A DNA stretch of 47,857 nucleotides, from positions 1 through 47,857 of the forward strand of contig CALXKW010000001.1 in assembly GCA_944389045.1 (NCBI GenBank), written 5' to 3'. The notes under the pieces are model-generated. The model worked only from the letters and a program-made list of their open reading frames with translations, ran no database searches and was not told the DNA's origin. Both the position numbers and the translations under genes were made by a program. This stretch comes from an uncultured Clostridia bacterium (lineage in GTDB: Bacteria > Bacillota > Clostridia > Oscillospirales > CAG-272). Of the stretch, positions 42,916 through 47,857 are shown one piece after another (the first letter of the stretch is position 1; the number at the start of each line of letters is the position of its first letter).

Positions 42916-43174
42916 ATTTATACTCCTTATTGATTGAATGCAGATATTCGCGGCTCGCCCACATGCTGCCTCCGGTTTGGGCCAGATAATCAAATAGATG
43001 ATTGCCTGTATTATCGGAAACAGATTTTATAAACCGAACTTTTGCGATGGGTCTGTTATCATGCTTTTGTGTTTTTAACTCTAAGATTTCAACGATTGCT
43101 TCGCATAATCCACCTTCATGAGTGGTAAATGTATATACCGCAATATCGCCGATACTTATTCTGTTCTCTTTCAT
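42908..43174 (-). CDS. hypothetical protein (88 aa)
   Basis: ORF with SD-like AAAGGAAC upstream. No recognisable motif. Confidence 0.5.
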   Translation of the reverse strand: MKENRISIGDIAVYTFTTHEGGLCEAIVEILELKTQKHDNRPIAKVRFIKSVSDNTGNHLFDYLAQTGGSMWASREYLHSINKEYKYG

Positions 43175-43187
43175 TTTGTGTTCCTTT

Positions 43188-43237
43188 CTAAAAAAATAAG
43201 AGACAAAGCCAGATAGGCTTTGTCCCCTTTTTTTCTG
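43188..43237. terminator. bidirectional rho-independent terminator after the Fic gene
   Basis: GACAAAGCC-AGATA-GGCTTTGTC, flanked by an A7 run on the left and a T7 run on the right. Confidence 0.8.
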
Positions 43238-43277
43238 GTGTACGAAAACAATCGCACATGTTTCTTGTAATATGGGT

Positions 43278-43991
43278 TTAGTTATCGGTGTATTGGTGCG
43301 GTTTCTCTTTGTAGTTCTTTACCTCATAATCACCGATTTTCTCATACTTTTTAGCGGCCTCTTCCGTTTTATTCTCTGTTCTGCTGTACTCATGAAGTAT
43401 TGCATCGTAGAATATCTTTTCCAAATACTCGTATTTAGAATAAATACCTTGCGACGCCCATACAAGAGCATTGCGTACATAGGAGGAATGAATACGAAAC
43501 AGCTCATGCTCTACCTCAAAGCCAAGCGATTTGGCAAATAAGACAGCAAAAACGATAGTTGTTCTTGTATTGCCTTCCCGGAAGGGATGAATTTGCCAAA
43601 TCTGCGAGATAATGCGAACCAACCGAAATACAATATCACGGTCATTGTCACCATTGCGCTTGAGCTTGGATAATTCTTTCATAGAAGCAGTAAGCTGCTT
43701 TTTTATTTCCTTTGGATAAGCATAACGAACCGTATCTCCCCCCAATACATCTTCCGCTTTGATCATTTGAATGGTGCGAAATTCTCCCGCCCAATCGTAT
43801 ATTTGACCAAAGATTGTTAAGTTGATGTCCTGCAAAGTTTGAGTATCGAATTTATCGTATTTTCGGTTGTATATGCCGGCCATAGCCAGATTTGTTATAT
43901 CCGCCTCGGCGGTGCGCAACAGTTCGGAATTTTTGATATTGGCGCGGTTCTTTAGGACATCGACGTCATCAAATAAATACGGATCTCTCAT
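43278..43991 (-). CDS. Fic/Fido-domain protein with non-canonical active-site motif
   Basis: HPFREGNTRTTI, compared with the canonical HxFx(D/E)GNGRxxR. Confidence 0.85.
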   Translation of the reverse strand: MRDPYLFDDVDVLKNRANIKNSELLRTAEADITNLAMAGIYNRKYDKFDTQTLQDINLTIFGQIYDWAGEFRTIQMIKAEDVLGGDTVRYAYPKEIKKQLTASMKELSKLKRNGDNDRDIVFRLVRIISQIWQIHPFREGNTRTTIVFAVLFAKSLGFEVEHELFRIHSSYVRNALVWASQGIYSKYEYLEKIFYDAILHEYSRTENKTEEAAKKYEKIGDYEVKNYKEKPHQYTDN

Positions 43992-44518
43992 ATTGTACCT
44001 CCGTTTTCGAAGCCGTATCGCTTTAGTGTGGCTTCATATACGGTTAGAAACGATACCTTTCCATTCTTCCATTCGTTCATTTCAACAGAAGTTTGGCTGC
44101 TGACCGGAACACCCTCTATGGCATTCATGGCATTAGCAAAGGAAATGCTCTTTTCTTTTTGAGATCTGTCCAACTCATCCATTCCAATACTGCATTTCAG
44201 CAGCATAAGAGTTCGGCCTAAGTCATTACTGATGAGACGGGCTGCCTGTTCAAGTTCGGCCAAGCGTTGGGCGATGCCGGGCAATTCGTCCTCATATTCT
44301 TTTCTTGCGGACAATTGTTTCGCTATCCGTTCGGTTTCTCCGGACCTCAGATATTCACTTTTCACCTTGCCATTTACGCGGTACTGCAAATAATCATAGG
44401 TTTTACCATTGATGGTTTTGTAAGTAATATATCCGCGCGGTAATTCGGTTAATTCCTTTTCGATAAACAGTTTCCTTGACAGCAAATTCTTGTATTCTAA
44501 TATAATGTCGTTATTCAT
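43988..44518 (-). CDS. putative Fic antitoxin-like protein (VbhA-like C-terminal helix on a longer 176-aa protein)
   Basis: ATGA overlap with the Fic gene. C-terminal SISFANAMNAIEGVPVS resembles the xxxE(G/N) inhibitory helix. The N-terminal 100 aa are unassigned. Confidence 0.5.
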   Translation of the reverse strand: MNNDIILEYKNLLSRKLFIEKELTELPRGYITYKTINGKTYDYLQYRVNGKVKSEYLRSGETERIAKQLSARKEYEDELPGIAQRLAELEQAARLISNDLGRTLMLLKCSIGMDELDRSQKEKSISFANAMNAIEGVPVSSQTSVEMNEWKNGKVSFLTVYEATLKRYGFENGGTI

Positions 44519-44541
44519 TGCATCACTTCCTTTACATTATT

Positions 44542-44570
44542 ATTATAACATACTTTAACCTCTTAGTCAA
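44542..44570 (-). promoter_or_regulatory. promoter TTGACT - 17 nt - TATAAT for the antitoxin-like/Fic pair
   Basis: Reverse complement of 44565-44570 is TTGACT and of 44542-44547 is TATAAT. Lies about 25 nt upstream of the start codon. Confidence 0.65.
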
Positions 44571-44670
44571 CGATATATTCGCTTAATGTGGGTTAAAACG
44601 CTATATCCGTTCGCAGGTTTATTATGCCGTCATTGAGTAAAGCGCCATACGAGCGCACTTGTTGCTCGTA

Positions 44671-47600
44671 TTAAGCGATATTCTGTTTGCCCCATCGGAT
44701 ACGAATTTTTCCTTCGCTATCTTCCTCACGGTACATCAGCATAGAGAGTAGATCGTAGTCCACACCAAAGCGTTCATAGATCTCGTCAAGGTCTGTATCC
44801 TGTCCTTTCATAAACAAGTTGATTTTTTCTTTGGCTATAATCATCTGCATGAGGTTTGACTCAATGCTGCCTTGGTATGTAACAAAGCAGATGTCCTTCC
44901 ACTCGGTAGAGGTATATCGCACGAAGCGCATATAGAACTGGCTCATACGGGAGTTATTGTAATGAAGTTCCGGGATGATTATTTTATTGACGTACTCAAA
45001 ATTCACACTGCTGGGAAGGCTTTGCTGGGTACATAAGAGAATACCGTTTCCGCTTTCCTTGAGCGTTCTGCGCAAGGCTCTGCGCTTGGCAAAGGTGGTG
45101 TTGCCCCCCGTTACCACGAACAAAGGTCTGTCCGGGAATGCCTTGGAAATTGCTTTTCTGTATTCCTCAAGCACGGGAATATGCCGCACACCGATAGCGA
45201 CGATTTCGTCGCCCCATTCCCCGATCATAGAAAGCAACTTTTTAATCTTGACAGGCACACCGCCAACGTACTCGTTCATTGAGCTTGGTGCGGCGCTGAT
45301 GCGAAGGAGCGTGAGGATCTGCTGCATCAGTATCATCATAGAGTCCTTGCGAGAGTTGCCGGTGGATTGAAAGTAATTCCAACGCATCTCATAGAACTTT
45401 TCAATTGCCTGCTGATAAACGGCTTTTTCCGCCTCGCTGAACTTAACGGTAACCTGATGAATTCTTCGCATATCCTTGCCTGTAATTTCCTCGAAAGTTC
45501 GGGTGATAACTGTCTTTCCGATCATCTCGCTGAGAACGCCGGCGTTGTAAATATCCTGCGTTTGCTGTCCTACGCCAAAAACGGTTATCTTTTCGGGCAG
45601 ATGAGAAGCGGAAAACAAGGAATATCCTCGCTTATATGCCGGAATGGGCGTACCGAAATAATCATTATCCTCGGTGTATAGCTCACCGCTTTCCTTATCT
45701 CTCTTGTATATGCGTTCGCACCAAGAAAGCATATTATAAGAATTGTTATACAGCAATTCCAACTGCGGCGCAAACTCGGAGATGTTGTTTCTGGTACTCG
45801 TTCCTGTTTCGAGCAGCTTGTATTGGCAGCGGCGGAAGCAATCCAGGCACGCCTTTGTTGTTGCTCCCGAGGGATTGGAGATTTCGTCACTCTCGTCAAA
45901 GATCAGCTGGAGCTTCTCGTTGTGTATGCGTACCCATCGCTTGATCTGCTTTTGATACTTCCGCAGGGCGTTCAGAGTAATGATTACAAAGTCGCCCTTT
46001 TGGATACGGGAAAAGTCGGAGAGATTTTCAACGAACACATAGGATAATCCGTAGTTTTTAAGCACGATATCCCAGTTATTGCGTATCGAGATCGCCGAGG
46101 ATATAACCCATGTGTGATGCACGTTCTGGTACTGCATATTGTAAAGTCCTACGGCAATGCCGGCAAGTGTTTTCCCGCAGCCCTGCTCCCACTGCAAGAG
46201 TCCATACCTCTTTTGAAGCATCAGATTGATGTCATGCTTTTGCATATCATTCAGACGTATTTCTTCCTCGTTCTCGGCATCCCAAAGCACAAATCCGTCA
46301 AGAGCGCGGGCAATATTTTCGTCGGGCTCCATATCCGCAAACGGCTGGTTTTGTATCGTATATTCGCGCTGCTTTTTGCGGATCAGCTTGGCGTAGCGAG
46401 TGAATCCGTTGTCACCGTCCGAGGATGCCAGCAGATATGTCGGAAATGGCGTTTTCATCTGCTCGCTGAGCTGACGATTCGACATATAGGAATAACCCTT
46501 ATAGACGAAATCGTAATTTCTCTTGACAAGAGCGATCCTATCCTCGGGCGGTCTCTCATTCTGCTTTCTGAGTACCTTTTTGAGATAGGTAAGCACCTTT
46601 GCTTCGGTGAGTCGTACACGGCACCACTCCTCATACGGCATACTGTCGGGCTGCTTTTCGGTATAAAAGCGGTGAACGTAAGCGCAGCAGCGGGAGTGCT
46701 CGGAAGTAAGGCGCGGATGTACCTTGATTTGATAGAGCATTTTGTCCACCCGATACGCAAAATCTGCCGACGTTTGTTTATTGTGTGCCGTTACCTTGAG
46801 CAAGTCCATACGGCTGTCCAAAAGTTCCGCTTTAGCCTTTTTTATTCGCTCTATAAGCTCGTTTGAGGCTGAGGGGGCACACTCGGTAATGTATTGCATT
46901 GAATCATCATCCGCATCTTTCTTTTTCTGCCAGAATTGGAGCTTTGTCGGGAAAGAGACTACTCCCATTGCGCTAAACGCATTGTCGGGCAAGGAAAACT
47001 GTCCGAGAAAACGGAATCTCTCGTTCATTTTCGTAATCATGTCGCCGTTTGTGAAATCGTCCGCAAGAAAAGAACTTGGAACGACGATTGCAAGAATACC
47101 GCAAGGCTTTAATAGTTCGTGCGCCTTGATACAGTAATAGAGTTGAGACTTTACCTCTTGATTGCCGTCAATCCACCATTTCAGGTTAAAGGGCGGATTA
47201 CCGAGCACATAGTCAAAAAGGATATCCGGCTGATATAGCCGGATATCCTGATTTACAATGTTGGCGTCCGGATACAGATACCGGGCTACCTTATAGGCTT
47301 TGTTATCAATTTCACAGCCATACAGATTGTTTTCTGTAGGCATAAAATTGAAAAAGTTGCCCATGCCGCAGGTTAGATCTGCGACAAGATCGCCTTTATC
47401 CACTCCGATACATCCAGCGGCTGTTTGACATATGCTCGGCGGCGTGAAGAATTGTCCGTTCTCGATCTCCTTTTTGGCGTTGCTGTAATCAGAATAACTG
47501 TCGTAATCGGAACGCCTAATACCGTGCAAACCGCCGTCTCCTGTATAGACGTTGTAAATATCCTCACGGGATATATCGGCTTCCTCGGTCAGTCCCGCGT

Positions 47601-47679
47601 CGATCAGATACAGTATTTTATCATTGAGCTCGCGGCGTCTGTCCTGCGGAATACGTTCGTTACGGGCAATATACTTCAC
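44671..47679 (-). CDS. N6-adenine DNA methyltransferase fused to SNF2/DEAD-like helicase
   Basis: MTase motif I DLTCGMGNFF and motif IV GNPPFNLKW. Helicase motif I WEQGCGKT, motif II IFDESDE, TGTSTRNN, and C-terminal QFYMRFVR. GTG start follows GGAGGTG. Confidence 0.88.
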   Translation of the reverse strand: MKYIARNERIPQDRRRELNDKILYLIDAGLTEEADISREDIYNVYTGDGGLHGIRRSDYDSYSDYSNAKKEIENGQFFTPPSICQTAAGCIGVDKGDLVADLTCGMGNFFNFMPTENNLYGCEIDNKAYKVARYLYPDANIVNQDIRLYQPDILFDYVLGNPPFNLKWWIDGNQEVKSQLYYCIKAHELLKPCGILAIVVPSSFLADDFTNGDMITKMNERFRFLGQFSLPDNAFSAMGVVSFPTKLQFWQKKKDADDDSMQYITECAPSASNELIERIKKAKAELLDSRMDLLKVTAHNKQTSADFAYRVDKMLYQIKVHPRLTSEHSRCCAYVHRFYTEKQPDSMPYEEWCRVRLTEAKVLTYLKKVLRKQNERPPEDRIALVKRNYDFVYKGYSYMSNRQLSEQMKTPFPTYLLASSDGDNGFTRYAKLIRKKQREYTIQNQPFADMEPDENIARALDGFVLWDAENEEEIRLNDMQKHDINLMLQKRYGLLQWEQGCGKTLAGIAVGLYNMQYQNVHHTWVISSAISIRNNWDIVLKNYGLSYVFVENLSDFSRIQKGDFVIITLNALRKYQKQIKRWVRIHNEKLQLIFDESDEISNPSGATTKACLDCFRRCQYKLLETGTSTRNNISEFAPQLELLYNNSYNMLSWCERIYKRDKESGELYTEDNDYFGTPIPAYKRGYSLFSASHLPEKITVFGVGQQTQDIYNAGVLSEMIGKTVITRTFEEITGKDMRRIHQVTVKFSEAEKAVYQQAIEKFYEMRWNYFQSTGNSRKDSMMILMQQILTLLRISAAPSSMNEYVGGVPVKIKKLLSMIGEWGDEIVAIGVRHIPVLEEYRKAISKAFPDRPLFVVTGGNTTFAKRRALRRTLKESGNGILLCTQQSLPSSVNFEYVNKIIIPELHYNNSRMSQFYMRFVRYTSTEWKDICFVTYQGSIESNLMQMIIAKEKINLFMKGQDTDLDEIYERFGVDYDLLSMLMYREEDSEGKIRIRWGKQNIA

Positions 47680-47693
47680 TGCATATCACCTCC

Positions 47694-47857
47694 TACGCAA
47701 CAAGACCGAGATACCGCTCGGCAAACTGATGCGCCAATTCCTTACCGGCAAACTTAATGACAACACGGCTGTTCTTAAACAAACGAATCTTCTTAAACTT
47801 CTCATAGTCAAAATCGTATGAGGAAGAGTATTTATCTGCGTGTCCAACAAGCAAAGC
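47694..47857 (-). CDS. 3' end of an unassigned CDS continuing beyond the window
   Basis: Open frame ...DFDYEKFKKIRLFKNSRVVIKFAGKELAHQFAERYLGLVA ending at TAG 47694-47696, 14 nt upstream of the MTase start. Confidence 0.5.

Larger units (their letters stand above)
11742..47857. mobile_element. integrative (probably conjugative or mobilisable) element inserted downstream of guaA; only the left end is in the window
   Basis: Abrupt GC drop after 11741. int/xis sit at the junction. ICE-type backbone genes are present (PcfJ/PcfK-like, primase, orf7/orf8-like sigma pair, MTase-SNF2). Confidence 0.8.

Overview
The window has two very different halves. (A) 1-11741 is a high-GC housekeeping block on the + strand (spot counts about 50-68% GC per 60 nt, average near 58-60%). 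It holds a de novo pyrimidine operon, pyrC-carB-pyrK-pyrD-pyrF-pyrE-pyrB, followed by guaB and a short guaA. There is no carA next to carB. pyrB carries a fused PyrI-type zinc domain. guaA encodes only the ATP-pyrophosphatase half. (B) 11742-47857 is a lower-GC integrative element inserted directly after the guaA stop and terminator. Backbone spot counts are about 43-50% GC and cargo is about 30-40%. Its right end is outside the window. From left to right the element contains: tyrosine integrase and Xis (- strand); a 520-bp ORF-free divergent control region; one long + strand operon (YqaJ-type exonuclease, RecD2-like helicase, Rad52-like protein, Zn-ribbon/Toprim primase, PcfK-like, PcfJ-like, a Cys-rich 439-aa unknown, a clan-MH metallopeptidase); three low-GC secreted-effector loci (beta-trefoil/Big_2 protein plus partner; a 2130-aa Sec-type Rhs/YD protein with a DUF4329/JAB-like tip plus lipoprotein; a double-beta-trefoil metzincin plus lipoprotein); a Tn916 orf7/orf8-like sigma pair; a DUF5131 three-gene unit; a Fic/antitoxin-like pair; and an N6-MTase-SNF2 helicase fusion. 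No relaxase, T4SS, CRISPR, tRNA or rRNA is visible. The best candidates for something undescribed are: (1) the coupled Cys-rich protein + M28/M20-like peptidase pair at 23399-25745; (2) the terminator-bracketed 88-aa/71-aa/DUF5131 unit at 41763-43174; (3) the effector loci, with an unusual Rhs tip and attenuator-type long leaders behind near-consensus promoters. All calls come from reading motifs in the supplied translations and the DNA. No database search was possible. Coordinates of small motifs may be off by 1-2 nt.
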